Source: Candidatus Woesearchaeota archaeon (GTDB lineage: Archaea; Nanobdellota; Nanobdellia; SCGC-AAA011-G17; VGLX01). Taken from it: a stretch of DNA of 64,000 nucleotides. The stretch spans positions 20,985-84,984 of the forward strand of contig CAYSAF010000002.1 in NCBI GenBank assembly GCA_964428965.1, read 5' to 3'. A program made the position numbers and the translations under genes. Within the stretch, counting starts at the first letter, position 1, and every line of letters starts with the position of its first letter. Below are positions 10,705 through 21,098 of the stretch, piece after piece. The notes under the pieces were generated by a model. That model ran no database searches. It worked only from the letters and a program-made list of their open reading frames with translations, and had not been told where the DNA came from.

Positions 10705-11855
10705 ACATCCTGCTGATGGTTAATGACATGATGTGGCCCAACAGGGGAGGTGGGGCTCCAAGAGTTGACTCTGTTGCAAAAGCATTCAAGAGGGCAGGAC
10801 ACAAAGTCGTGATGTTTGCACCTATAGGAACTGACAAAAAGGAAGCTGAAGAGGCTTTGGGATATGAAGTTATACCTATGAAATACATAAACAGGAATGA
10901 CCCCAAGAAGATAATAAAATATGGCATTAACAACCCCTTCTTAACAATAAAAGCGATAGGCATAATGAGAGATAAGAACATAGACTTGGTGTTTGCGCAT
11001 AACGCAATTTGCGGCTTCCCAGCACTCGTAGCAGCAAAGTTGCTGAAGAAAAAAATGGTTTTCGACCCAACAGACTTTGTGGCTGAATTCGTAAGCGACA
11101 GCATGGGGAACAAAGGATTCAAAAAAGGTTTGCTGAATATTGTAGGCCAGCTTGAAGCGTGGACCATTAAAAATGCAGACAGGGTGATAACAAACACAAA
11201 AACAATAGCTGAAATACTTGAAAAGAAATACGGAAGGAAAGTTGATGTTGTTTATGACTGCGTAAACTTTGATGTATTCCACCCAATTAAAACAAAAAAA
11301 GAAAAAGAGTTCACATACATACTTCAAGGAGGGATGGATCCTCAAGACGGCTTAGAAATACTCATACCAGTTGCAAAAGAGCTGAAAAAAGAAAAAATCA
11401 AATTCAAAATACTTCTTGTTGGCGACGGCAAAGTAGTGCCTATATTAAAGCAAAAGATAGAGCAAGAAAAGATGGACGAACATTTCAAATTCACGGGATG
11501 GGTCACACAAAAAGAGGTTAATGAACTGACAGCAAAGTCTGACGTCGGCTTGGTTATACTCCCAAACAAACTTTCAGGAAGGGTAAGACTCACGCTGAGG
11601 GCGCTAGAGTACTGGGCTTGCGGAAAACCAATAATAGCAGCAGACCTAGATGCCGTCAGAGAGGTGGTAAAACATGAAGAGAACGGATTACTGTACAAAG
11701 CGGAAAACACCTATAGTTTAACACAACAAATGATAAAAATAAACAAGGACAAAAAACTATACAACAAAATAGCCAGAAATGGAAAGGAAAAAGTAAAAGA
11801 ATTCGAAAGCAAAAGGTTGGGGGACCAAATAGCAAACATAATTCTGGAACGATGA
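10701..11855 (+). CDS. GT4 glycosyltransferase
   Basis: P..GGG N-terminus, LVGDG, LEYWACGKPII. Confidence 0.85.
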   Translation: MNILLMVNDMMWPNRGGGAPRVDSVAKAFKRAGHKVVMFAPIGTDKKEAEEALGYEVIPMKYINRNDPKKIIKYGINNPFLTIKAIGIMRDKNIDLVFAHNAICGFPALVAAKLLKKKMVFDPTDFVAEFVSDSMGNKGFKKGLLNIVGQLEAWTIKNADRVITNTKTIAEILEKKYGRKVDVVYDCVNFDVFHPIKTKKEKEFTYILQGGMDPQDGLEILIPVAKELKKEKIKFKILLVGDGKVVPILKQKIEQEKMDEHFKFTGWVTQKEVNELTAKSDVGLVILPNKLSGRVRLTLRALEYWACGKPIIAADLDAVREVVKHEENGLLYKAENTYSLTQQMIKINKDKKLYNKIARNGKEKVKEFESKRLGDQIANIILER

Positions 11856-13249
11856 AAATAGTGTTGCTGTATCCGAGAATGGAGAACATAAAGGAGATTA
11901 TGACAACTAGGCCTCCCCTAGGTCTGGCTTACTTAGCAGCATCGCTTGAAAGAGAAGGCCATGAAGTAAGAATAATAGATTTAAACATAGAAAAAGTGGA
12001 CATGGGAGAAGAAATCAAAAAATACGACCTGATAGGAATATCCGTGTTAACCGTGTTCTACAATGAAGTAAAAAACTTAATAAAAAAAATAAGGGAAGCA
12101 GACAAAAAAATTCCGATAGTTCTAGGCGGGCCACACATAACCATGATGACAAAACAAGTTATGGAAGAGAACGACGTAAACTTCGCAGTAAGATACGAGG
12201 GGGAAGAAACGATAGTGGAACTTGCAAGAGAACTGGAACAGAAAAAGGACTTCTCAAAAATAAAAGGACTTGCCTACAAGGACAAAGACCGTGTGATAAT
12301 AAACCAAGACAGGGAGTTCAACAAAAATCTCGACGGGATACCAATGCCAGCAAGACACCTTCTAAAGATAAACGAATACGTAAGTTACATGGAAAATGAA
12401 AAATCAACAACCATTCTCACCAGCAGGGGTTGCCCTTATGCCTGTGTCTACTGCTGTAAAACAGAAGGCAGAATGTGGAGGGCTATGAGCGCAAAAAGAG
12501 TAGTCGACGAAATGGAAGAAATATACAAACAATACAACATAAAAGTAATCTACATAGAAGACGACCTTTTCACGTTGGACAAGAAGAGGGTTATAGAAAT
12601 ATGCGGAGAGATAAAAAAAAGAGAACTAAACATAAAATGGATATGCATATCAAGAGTTGACAACGTGGACATAGAAACCCTAAAAGCGATGAAAGGGGCA
12701 GGGTGCATAGAGATAAATTACGGGGTTGAGAGTGGAGACGAGGATGTACTAAAAAAGGTAGGGAAGGGAATAACCTTAGAACAGGCAGAAAACGCATTCA
12801 GGACAACAAAGGAAGCAGGGATAAAAACAAAAGGATACTTCATAATAGGCCTACCATGGGACACTAAGGAAACCGTAGAAAAAACAATAGAATTTGCTAC
12901 AAAGCTCAACGCAGACGAGATACAGTTCAGCATATGCACACCACTACCAGGAACCCCGCTCTGGGAACTGGCTATAAAAGAAGATGCATTGAATCCAAAC
13001 GAAGTGAACTGGGACAACTTCGCATTGATGAGCGCAGACATCGACGGCAAGGTGTATTTCACAAAAAACCTCACAGCAGAAGAGATAATAAAGCTGAGAA
13101 AAAAAGCATACAGAAAACTGATAACTAGAACTTTTTTAAGAAAAATAAAGGAGGGGGATATAAAAACCATCTTAGGCATAATAAATCAGAAGAGAAGGGT
13201 AGGCCTTGGCAAATTCGTAAGGAAAGTGTTTTTACCCTTGGTATGCTAA
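11852..13249 (+). CDS. B12-binding radical SAM protein
   Basis: PPLGLAYLAA, GGPH, EGE, TSRGCPYACVYC, DDLF, GVESG, PLPGT. Confidence 0.93.
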   Translation: MKIVLLYPRMENIKEIMTTRPPLGLAYLAASLEREGHEVRIIDLNIEKVDMGEEIKKYDLIGISVLTVFYNEVKNLIKKIREADKKIPIVLGGPHITMMTKQVMEENDVNFAVRYEGEETIVELARELEQKKDFSKIKGLAYKDKDRVIINQDREFNKNLDGIPMPARHLLKINEYVSYMENEKSTTILTSRGCPYACVYCCKTEGRMWRAMSAKRVVDEMEEIYKQYNIKVIYIEDDLFTLDKKRVIEICGEIKKRELNIKWICISRVDNVDIETLKAMKGAGCIEINYGVESGDEDVLKKVGKGITLEQAENAFRTTKEAGIKTKGYFIIGLPWDTKETVEKTIEFATKLNADEIQFSICTPLPGTPLWELAIKEDALNPNEVNWDNFALMSADIDGKVYFTKNLTAEEIIKLRKKAYRKLITRTFLRKIKEGDIKTILGIINQKRRVGLGKFVRKVFLPLVC

Positions 13250-13307
13250 AAGAAACGTTTTTAAACAAAGGAGTGATTTCAAGAATCTGACTTTTTAGGT
13301 GACACTT

Positions 13308-14768
13308 ATGATTAAAACTATGCTCGTATACCCAAGTCCGACAAGGCATGCCATACCCCCATTAGGTATAGCTTACCTAGCATCGATCATCAGGAGTAAA
13401 AGATATGAAGTCAGCATCCTTGATTCCAACGTAGTTAAAGATGAGGAAGATTTTTCTAGGAGAGTCAAAGATTATAACCCTAATTTGATTGGGTTTTCTG
13501 TACAAACCATGTTTATCGATCACGCATTTAAGTATGCAAAAATAGCCAAAGAGAGTGTTCCTAATGCAGTCGTGATTTTCGGGGGGCCACATGCAAGTGT
13601 GATGCCAAAAGAAGTTTTAAATGAACCTTATGTGGACATGTGCATGATAGGCGAGTCAGACATCAGCTTCTTACAACTGATTGAAGCCTTGGACAATGGA
13701 AGAGGCCTTGAAGAAGTTGGCAATCTTTACTACAAAGACAAAAAAGGCCAGATAAAGTTTACAAAAAGACTTCCTTTCATAGAAAACCTTGACAGTATAC
13801 CCCCACCAGCAAGGGATTTATTGCCTATGCAGCACTACTTAAAAAACATCCAACCACCCCCTCTAATGATGCCTTACACACACGTAATAGTAAACAGGGG
13901 ATGCCCGTTCAACTGCAAATTCTGCCAACCCACTTCAGACGTTATGTGGGGGAAGAGGATAAGATACAGGAGTCCGAAGTTGATATGCGATGAAATAGAG
14001 TACCTGCTAAAGAATTATAAGCTCAACATGATAGACATAACAGCTGATACTTTTACAGCGAACAAGGAGTGGGTAAAAGAACTTTGTGGAGAGATTATAA
14101 GGAGGAAGATAAAAATACCATGGATTGCGACAGCTAGGGTGGGTACGGTAAACTACGAGACATTAAGCGAAATGAAAAAGGCTGGATGCATATCAATATT
14201 TGTTGGTGTAGAGTCTGGCTCGCAAAAAATACTCGACGAACTGGGGAAGGGTATAAAAGTTGAACAGATAATACAATACTTCAAATGGTGCAACCAGCTC
14301 GGTATAATAACTAACACTTCGTTTATGGTTGGAAGCCCTGGAGAAACAAAAGAAACCATCAAGGAAACAATAGACCTGATAAAAAAAATAAGGCCGGATT
14401 ACCTAACAGCCTACATTACAACACCTATGCCCGGGACAGACCTTTACAGTTATGCATTCGAGCATGGCATGCTAGAATATCAGAGCATGACTGAAATGGA
14501 CAAGCATCATAGCACCCTAAAAATCGAGGGACTTACAAAAGAAGAGATAATCTATTACAGGGATAAGATTTACATGGAATATGCAAAGCTGAGACTGAAG
14601 TACCTTTTTGACCCCAGGAAAGCATACCTCCACAAATCGATGTTCAAAAGAATTTTAACCCTGAGACATGCAAATTTAAAATCCGCAAAGAAATCTTATC
14701 AGTTATTACATACACCTCACAAGAATCCTGCAAAAAAAATAATAGAGATGGTTATAAAGGCGGTTTAG
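13308..14768 (+). CDS. B12-binding radical SAM protein
   Basis: PPLGIAYLAS, GGPHAS, RGCPFNCKFC, GVESGS, PMPGT; GGTGA SD-like motif before the ATG. Confidence 0.93.
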   Translation: MIKTMLVYPSPTRHAIPPLGIAYLASIIRSKRYEVSILDSNVVKDEEDFSRRVKDYNPNLIGFSVQTMFIDHAFKYAKIAKESVPNAVVIFGGPHASVMPKEVLNEPYVDMCMIGESDISFLQLIEALDNGRGLEEVGNLYYKDKKGQIKFTKRLPFIENLDSIPPPARDLLPMQHYLKNIQPPPLMMPYTHVIVNRGCPFNCKFCQPTSDVMWGKRIRYRSPKLICDEIEYLLKNYKLNMIDITADTFTANKEWVKELCGEIIRRKIKIPWIATARVGTVNYETLSEMKKAGCISIFVGVESGSQKILDELGKGIKVEQIIQYFKWCNQLGIITNTSFMVGSPGETKETIKETIDLIKKIRPDYLTAYITTPMPGTDLYSYAFEHGMLEYQSMTEMDKHHSTLKIEGLTKEEIIYYRDKIYMEYAKLRLKYLFDPRKAYLHKSMFKRILTLRHANLKSAKKSYQLLHTPHKNPAKKIIEMVIKAV

Positions 14769-15281
14769 ATGAAAAAAATAAAACTAGAAACAAAACCAGG
14801 AGAAAAAAAGATAGTTGAATTCGGACCTGGAAGGAACCCTAGAGAGGATGCAAACATTTTTGTAGACCTAGACCCTAAACTCATAAAAGGGCTGAGAAAC
14901 CCCATAGTCTGGGACCTAAATAAGCTACCGCTACCCTTTGAAAATGATTCCATAGACAAGATATACTTGGACAGCGTTGTAGAACACCTTGATGTACCAC
15001 TGGCATTATTCATGAAGGAAATCTGGAGAATACTCAAATATGGAGGGGAGGCAGAACTTTTGCTACCAAACACCTACTTCTTAACCAAAAGAGTTATGTT
15101 CATGATAGGGATACTACACAACAACTTCAGGCCACAACATAGAAAATACGTCAATTACAGCTTTGTCTGGCACACAATAAAGGAAGCAGGGTTCTGGGTA
15201 GAAAAAGAACCATACAAGTTCCTGCCATTCAAAAACCTGCTGCTTCCAAGGATAGAGATGATCCTAAAAAAAGAGCCCTGA
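14769..15281 (+). CDS. Class I SAM methyltransferase (type 11-like)
   Basis: VEFGPG, LPFENDSID...VVEHL...EIWRILK.GG. Confidence 0.8.
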   Translation: MKKIKLETKPGEKKIVEFGPGRNPREDANIFVDLDPKLIKGLRNPIVWDLNKLPLPFENDSIDKIYLDSVVEHLDVPLALFMKEIWRILKYGGEAELLLPNTYFLTKRVMFMIGILHNNFRPQHRKYVNYSFVWHTIKEAGFWVEKEPYKFLPFKNLLLPRIEMILKKEP

Positions 15282-15284
15282 AAA

Positions 15285-16511
15285 ATGGAAACCTTAAAGA
15301 TTTTAATGGCCACCATGGAATACCCCCCATATCCTCTTGGGGGGACTGGAAGGTTTGCAGTAAACCTAATAGAGGACTTCAAAAAAAAACACGAGGTCAC
15401 GGTACTCACAAACTGGGTAAAGGATTCCGAATCAAAGCTGAGTGAAGAAGAAGGAAATGTCGTTATAAAAAGACTGAAGCTAGATTCTGTCAGCTTCTTA
15501 CACAAATCAGCTTCACAAAAGCAAAACAGAACTGTAGTGGACCAAAGGATTATTTTCGGATTAGCTGTTAGGAAATACTTAAAAAAAGCAGAACTGAAAC
15601 AATATGATATCCTGCACAACATAGACGTAAACAGCGCTTCTTTCATAGACTACAAGACCTTAAACAAAAATATAAAAACCATTGCCACGTTGCACGACTA
15701 CTACACACTAACTGCGTCATGGAATCCCTCAAAATTCCCTTACAAATCCTCTGATTTTATCTACAGGTATCCCCACCACAACATAACAAAATACTTTAAT
15801 GTTAGAACGATAAGGAACTCTTCAAAATTAACCTCAAACAGCAACTATGTAAAAAACATTGCTGTGAAAGAAGCAAAAATTCCTGAAGAGAAAGTAAGTG
15901 TGATACACCACGGTATAGACTACAAGAAATTCAACGTAAAACCAGCTAAAGACAAATACACAAACCACACTGTTTTATTCATAGGCGGAAATATGGAAAG
16001 GAAAGGGGCTAAAGACGTTATAATGTCAGCACCACAAACCTTGAAGTATTATCCAGACACAAAGTACATAATGGTTGGAGACGCGCCGAAAAAATATATG
16101 ACAGAGATAAAAAGCTTCATAAAAACACACAACGCCGAGGACAACTTCCAATTCGTGAAACGCATACCAGAAACAGACCTGGTACCTTCTTACCAAAAAG
16201 CAAACGTGTTTATCATGCCATCTATGGTCGAAGCGCTTGGTCTTGTCTACATGGAAGCTATGACCACAAAGACGCCTGTTATAGGGCCCAACGTCGGTGG
16301 CGTACCAGAGGTAGTAACAGAGGATACAGGCTTCTTGGTCAGTCCAAAAAACCCAGAGGAGATACACAAGGCCATAAAGGCCATATTTGATAACCCTGAA
16401 AAATCCAAGGAGATGGGCAAGAAGGGTAATGAGAGGGTAAAAAACTGTTTCAGAAAGGAGCTGATGAGCAAGAAAATGCTTGAAGTGTACAAAGAAACGA
16501 TAAACTCTTAA
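15285..16511 (+). CDS. GT4 glycosyltransferase
   Basis: EYPP..GG, RKG, PSMVEALGLVYMEAM....PVI...VGG. Confidence 0.9.
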   Translation: METLKILMATMEYPPYPLGGTGRFAVNLIEDFKKKHEVTVLTNWVKDSESKLSEEEGNVVIKRLKLDSVSFLHKSASQKQNRTVVDQRIIFGLAVRKYLKKAELKQYDILHNIDVNSASFIDYKTLNKNIKTIATLHDYYTLTASWNPSKFPYKSSDFIYRYPHHNITKYFNVRTIRNSSKLTSNSNYVKNIAVKEAKIPEEKVSVIHHGIDYKKFNVKPAKDKYTNHTVLFIGGNMERKGAKDVIMSAPQTLKYYPDTKYIMVGDAPKKYMTEIKSFIKTHNAEDNFQFVKRIPETDLVPSYQKANVFIMPSMVEALGLVYMEAMTTKTPVIGPNVGGVPEVVTEDTGFLVSPKNPEEIHKAIKAIFDNPEKSKEMGKKGNERVKNCFRKELMSKKMLEVYKETINS

Positions 16512-16513
16512 GT

Positions 16514-17461
16514 TTATACCTTAAATTCCTCTTTAAACACCTTCTTAACGTACTTGAACTCTTCTATGAAAACCACCAATACCAGAAGAAGGAAAGCATA
16601 TGGTATAGGTACGACTATAAGGTCCTGACTTAGAATAACCTCTTTGGGAACGTTTAGCTTACTATAAAAAAACAGTATGGACAGTTCAACGAAACCGAGA
16701 CCGTTAAAAGTAATGGGAATTAGGGTGACCACAGCACAAAAATTTGTAATCAAAAATATGTAAAGGGGGTTAACGTAAACGCCAAGGCCCAGGAAAATGA
16801 AGTAACTCATGAAGGCGAGGGAAAACCACTTGGTTACTGACACAAAAAAGTTGATAAGCAATACCTGAGGCTTATTCTTTAAAAGGAAAAATAAAAGCTT
16901 TGAAAAACCTTCAAAATGGATTGAGTAAGACCTCAACAGGTACCGACGTATCAGATAGCGCCCCTTTTCAGAGAAGAAAAAGAAGACCGCAACAAAAAAG
17001 ACGAATGATAAAACAAGGACCAAACCTAAGATTAAGTTCTTGGGTATAACGAAAATAAAGAGGGCCACCAAAGCAGCTATTGAAACAGCGATAAAAGAGA
17101 TGAACTTATCCAAAAAAGAAATGGCAGCGCCTTGGCCTAGGGGGATACTTTCTTTTCTCAAGAAATAAAGCATAGAGAACTCACCTATCCTGCCAGGGGT
17201 CAACATGCCCGTGGCCAAACTGAGGAGGTAATACTTGAAAAGATTCCAAAAACCTAATCCGAAACCGGAAGCCCTTACCAGTATATACAAACTGTAAACT
17301 CCCCCTAAGTAGGATAAAAAAACAAATGGAGGTATAGCCAAAAGATATATCAACTTGAAGTTTTTAAAAGCGCTAAAAATCTTATCAAAACCTACGTAAT
17401 AAAATATGACCAGTACAAACAACAAACCAAAAATAAGCTTAAAGATGTTCTTAGCCTTCAT
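16514..17461 (-). CDS. Lysylphosphatidylglycerol synthase TM-domain / AglD2-type flippase-like protein
   Basis: TPGRIGE and IPITFNGLGFVE motifs, multi-TM. Confidence 0.82.
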   Translation of the reverse strand: MKAKNIFKLIFGLLFVLVIFYYVGFDKIFSAFKNFKLIYLLAIPPFVFLSYLGGVYSLYILVRASGFGLGFWNLFKYYLLSLATGMLTPGRIGEFSMLYFLRKESIPLGQGAAISFLDKFISFIAVSIAALVALFIFVIPKNLILGLVLVLSFVFFVAVFFFFSEKGRYLIRRYLLRSYSIHFEGFSKLLFFLLKNKPQVLLINFFVSVTKWFSLAFMSYFIFLGLGVYVNPLYIFLITNFCAVVTLIPITFNGLGFVELSILFFYSKLNVPKEVILSQDLIVVPIPYAFLLLVLVVFIEEFKYVKKVFKEEFKV

Positions 17462-17509
17462 TTTACCTCTTTTTATAAAATTTGACAGCATTTAAATTTT
17501 ATCAAAAAG

Positions 17510-18397
17510 CTACTTCCTGTTCATGTCAGCCAAAAATCCGAACAAGACTATCTGGACACCGGTAATTATGAGGAGCATAGTGAGGATAGTAGAAGGAAGG
17601 TGACCGACAACGCCTGTTGTCAAAAAAAGATAAACAAGCCAGAGGCCAAGCAAAAACCCCGTGAGAATAAAAAAAGCACCAACCCAACCAAAAAACTTCA
17701 AAGGCTCATAGTCACGGTAAATCCTCAGGATGTTTATCCAAGCACGGAAGGCATACTCAAAGGGGCCCTTCATCAACCTGCTCTTACCATACCTCTTAGC
17801 AAAATAGACAGGCACCTCAACCACCCTAAACTTCTGGCGCACAGCCTTTATTATCTGCTCCTGGGTGTAAGTATGACTTGAAGTCAAAACTATAGACTCG
17901 GCAACCCTCCTCGTGAAAGCCCTAAAACCGGTCTGACAATCACTTATCCTCATACGAATTATTCTTGATATCACATTAGAAAAAGCAACGTTGCCAAGAC
18001 GCTTGATCCAGGGCATATACTCTATTTTGCCCCTAAACCTCGAGCCGAGAACAAGGTCGTAGCCAAGCCCTATAGGTTCTAATAATCTCGGCATGTCAGA
18101 AGCGAGATACTGGCCATCAGCATCTGTGTGAAGAATAACGTCAGCACCTATCTTCAAGCAAGCCTGAATCTCTGTCCTGAAGGTCTCGGCAAGACCGTAG
18201 TTGATAGGATGAGAAACAACCATTGCACCAGCCTCTCGAGCAACTCTGGCAGTAGCATCCCTGCTGCCATCATCAACCACCAAAACCTTGTAATCGTACT
18301 TGGTTCTGTCCATGACCTGCTTTATATCAGACACCAATCTACCAATAGTCCTCTGCTCGTTGTAAGCCGGAATCGTAATCATAACCTTCATGGCCAC
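17510..18397 (-). CDS. GT2 dolichol-phosphate glycosyltransferase (DPM1-like) with two C-terminal TM helices
   Basis: IPAYNE, VVDDGSRD, DADGQ, GSRF, D.QTGFRA. Confidence 0.9.
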   Translation of the reverse strand: MAMKVMITIPAYNEQRTIGRLVSDIKQVMDRTKYDYKVLVVDDGSRDATARVAREAGAMVVSHPINYGLAETFRTEIQACLKIGADVILHTDADGQYLASDMPRLLEPIGLGYDLVLGSRFRGKIEYMPWIKRLGNVAFSNVISRIIRMRISDCQTGFRAFTRRVAESIVLTSSHTYTQEQIIKAVRQKFRVVEVPVYFAKRYGKSRLMKGPFEYAFRAWINILRIYRDYEPLKFFGWVGAFFILTGFLLGLWLVYLFLTTGVVGHLPSTILTMLLIITGVQIVLFGFLADMNRK

Positions 18398-18403
18398 TCT
18401 ACC

Positions 18404-20134
18404 TCAAACAACCCTGTATAAATAAATTTCGCCTCTCTGATAAACAATGGGCAAATCAAGCACCTTCTTAGTAACCAAATAATCAAAACCTTCGCGGTTT
18501 GAAACATCCCCTATAAACACGTCATGATCCATCCAAAAATCTATCACGCTCACAGAAGAACCGTCGGAAAAACCCTCATATACACACACTTCTCCCAACT
18601 TTTCAATCTTACAGCTGTCATCCCAGTCAAACAGGAAAACAGAGTGCTGCTTAACATTGTCATTTATCCAAAGCCCAAGCTGCATGCCCTCATTCCTGTA
18701 CCAAAACATTTCAGAGTTGTAATAATTGACTGCAAAAACCAGTATTGAAGAAGATAAAAACAAGATTAAGAAAAGCAAAAAAAGCTTTTTTAAATTAAAC
18801 CCCAGAACATACAGAATTATTAAAGAGATAAGAGGCAGTAGTACGAATAGAAGTATAAAAAAGACAAGGGAAACAGGGGAGAATACAGGGGTGAAGGTAG
18901 AAACACCGTAAACAAGGTAGTCAAAAGCGTAAACAAAAAAGCCGAAATGCGTCAAAGACGGATTGTTAACTGGAAAGAGAGGGAAGAAGACAATCTGAGA
19001 GGCAAAAAACAAAAATAACATCGTAAGAAGTGAATAGAAAATCAGAGATTTCTTCTTGTAAAGCTGCAAACCAACAAAACCAGCTATTAAAACAAGTGGC
19101 AAAACAAAATCTATGTAACGACCCATAACCCTACCAGTAAGCCAGCTAAAGATGGTGGTGTATATAACATAATCCCTGTTGCCACTCGAGCTGTGATTTG
19201 CCACGACTAAAACAGACAAAATGACTGAAATAACAAGTAGCAACGAAAACAAAAACAACTTGTCATTAGCTTTACGCTTAAAAACCATAAATGAAAGGAT
19301 AAAAAAAACTACACCAGAGGCAAGAGCGATATAACCAAGATAAACAAGCGACCAAGTAACGAGAGGCCAAAAAGCTGACCAAGCCTCACCAACCCTGCTA
19401 TCAGACAATTCAGAGGCATAGCTACCCAAAATTCCATCTGTTGTAAAGCCAAACAAAAGACCGTTCCTGACAAGCCAAGGAGAAACCACTAGAAAAGAAA
19501 CAAGGCCTATAACAAGTATCTTCCTAACAAGCAAAGCATCTCTTTTCTGGAAAAGCCTTGCACAAAACAAAAGAAAAGTTATTGGAACCAGAACAATGCC
19601 TATGCTCCTGGAAAGAAAAGTCAAGCCGATAAACAAACCAGCAAATACATCGTTAAGGTAAGCAGTGCCTGTAAATGACTTGTAGACAAAATACATTGAG
19701 AACATGAAGAGGGGGTAGAAGAGATTCTCTGCCATTATGTAGCCAGAGAAAGAAAAGTTAGAAGGCAAAACAGAAACCAAGACAGCGACGAGCAAAGACT
19801 TTTTATCAGAGAGGAACTCACGAGCAAGCAAAAAAACAGGAAAGATTATCAAAGAAGATAATAAAACGTTAACCAACTTCATAACAAAGTAAACATACCT
19901 CATATCGTCAAGGATATAGGAAAATGATAAAACAATAGGGTACAGCGGTGGGTACTGATGGGTTGGAACGCCGTGAATGGAAAATGTCAGAGAGTCATAA
20001 AAGCTCTGTGCCATCTTAACATACACGTAGTCGTCACTAAACGCAGAGGGGGCTGGAATGAAAGAAACTAAAAGAAGCTTAACTAAAACAAACATAAAGT
20101 ATAACAAAATAAGCCTTTTAAAACCCGAATCCAT
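18404..20134 (-). CDS. GT-C (PMT_2/ArnT-like) membrane glycosyltransferase
   Basis: FSDDYVY...A, YPPLYP, MAENLF, PWLVRN, multi-TM. Confidence 0.78.
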   Translation of the reverse strand: MDSGFKRLILLYFMFVLVKLLLVSFIPAPSAFSDDYVYVKMAQSFYDSLTFSIHGVPTHQYPPLYPIVLSFSYILDDMRYVYFVMKLVNVLLSSLIIFPVFLLAREFLSDKKSLLVAVLVSVLPSNFSFSGYIMAENLFYPLFMFSMYFVYKSFTGTAYLNDVFAGLFIGLTFLSRSIGIVLVPITFLLFCARLFQKRDALLVRKILVIGLVSFLVVSPWLVRNGLLFGFTTDGILGSYASELSDSRVGEAWSAFWPLVTWSLVYLGYIALASGVVFFILSFMVFKRKANDKLFLFSLLLVISVILSVLVVANHSSSGNRDYVIYTTIFSWLTGRVMGRYIDFVLPLVLIAGFVGLQLYKKKSLIFYSLLTMLFLFFASQIVFFPLFPVNNPSLTHFGFFVYAFDYLVYGVSTFTPVFSPVSLVFFILLFVLLPLISLIILYVLGFNLKKLFLLFLILFLSSSILVFAVNYYNSEMFWYRNEGMQLGLWINDNVKQHSVFLFDWDDSCKIEKLGEVCVYEGFSDGSSVSVIDFWMDHDVFIGDVSNREGFDYLVTKKVLDLPIVYQRGEIYLYRVV

Positions 20135-20225
20135 CTTTACACGGTGCTAAAAATTAGTTTAAAAGCTTTGTTGTCATAAATAAGAATATAGTAATTTATT
20201 TAAATTTCAAAGAGTTAGAAACTTT

Positions 20226-21005
20226 ATGGTAAAAGTAGGAATCATAGGCGGGTCAGGGGTATACGACCCCAACCTATTCGAGGATGCAAAAAAGATAAAG
20301 GTGCACACACCCTACGGAAAGACCTCCAGCCTTGTGACAGCGGGAAAATTCAAAGGGGTGGACATGGTAGTCATAGCAAGGCATGAAGAGGGGCACAGGA
20401 TAAACCCAACAGACGTGAACTACAGGGCAAACATATGGGCTATGAAAGAATTGGGGGTTACACACATAATAGCAACAGGAGCAGTAGGTTCTTTAAAGGA
20501 AGAGATAAAACCGGGTGACTTAGTGTTTACTGACCAATTCATAGACAGAACAACAAAAAGAAAATCAACGTTCTACGAAGGCAACCAGGTTTGCCACATA
20601 AGCATAGCAGACCCAACATGCAATAAACTAAGGGATATCCTAATAAAAGGGGCAAAAAAGCTTGGAATACCCCATCACGAAAATGGAACTTGTGTGGTGA
20701 TAGAAGGGCCGAGGTTCTCAACAAAAGCAGAGAGCGCAATGCACAAAATTTGGGGAGCGGACATAGTGGGCATGACCATGGTGCCAGAGTGCGTGCTGGC
20801 AAGAGAAGCTGGAATTTGTTATGCTACCGTATCCCTAGTAACAGACTATGACGTGTGGAAAGAACAACACGTTAGTATAGACGGGATAATAAGGGTCATG
20901 GGCCAAAACCTAGACAAGTTTAAAAAACTCATGGCAGAGGTAATACCCCAAATAGACTTTGAGGAGTGCGGGTGCAAGCACGCCATGGACACAGCAATGG
21001 TCTAG
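20226..21005 (+). CDS. mtnP: 5'-methylthioadenosine phosphorylase
   Basis: GIIGGSG, TPYG, ARH...H, NYRANIWA, EGPRFST.AE, GMT..PE..LARE, VTDYD. Confidence 0.95.
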   Translation: MVKVGIIGGSGVYDPNLFEDAKKIKVHTPYGKTSSLVTAGKFKGVDMVVIARHEEGHRINPTDVNYRANIWAMKELGVTHIIATGAVGSLKEEIKPGDLVFTDQFIDRTTKRKSTFYEGNQVCHISIADPTCNKLRDILIKGAKKLGIPHHENGTCVVIEGPRFSTKAESAMHKIWGADIVGMTMVPECVLAREAGICYATVSLVTDYDVWKEQHVSIDGIIRVMGQNLDKFKKLMAEVIPQIDFEECGCKHAMDTAMV

Positions 21006-21098
21006 TCGTCATCGATACCATAGAAAGGTTTAAATATGAAAAATTTCTTTTAAATATAAGGTTATTACGGTAAAAAAATAAAAAAGGAGGCGGTTAAA

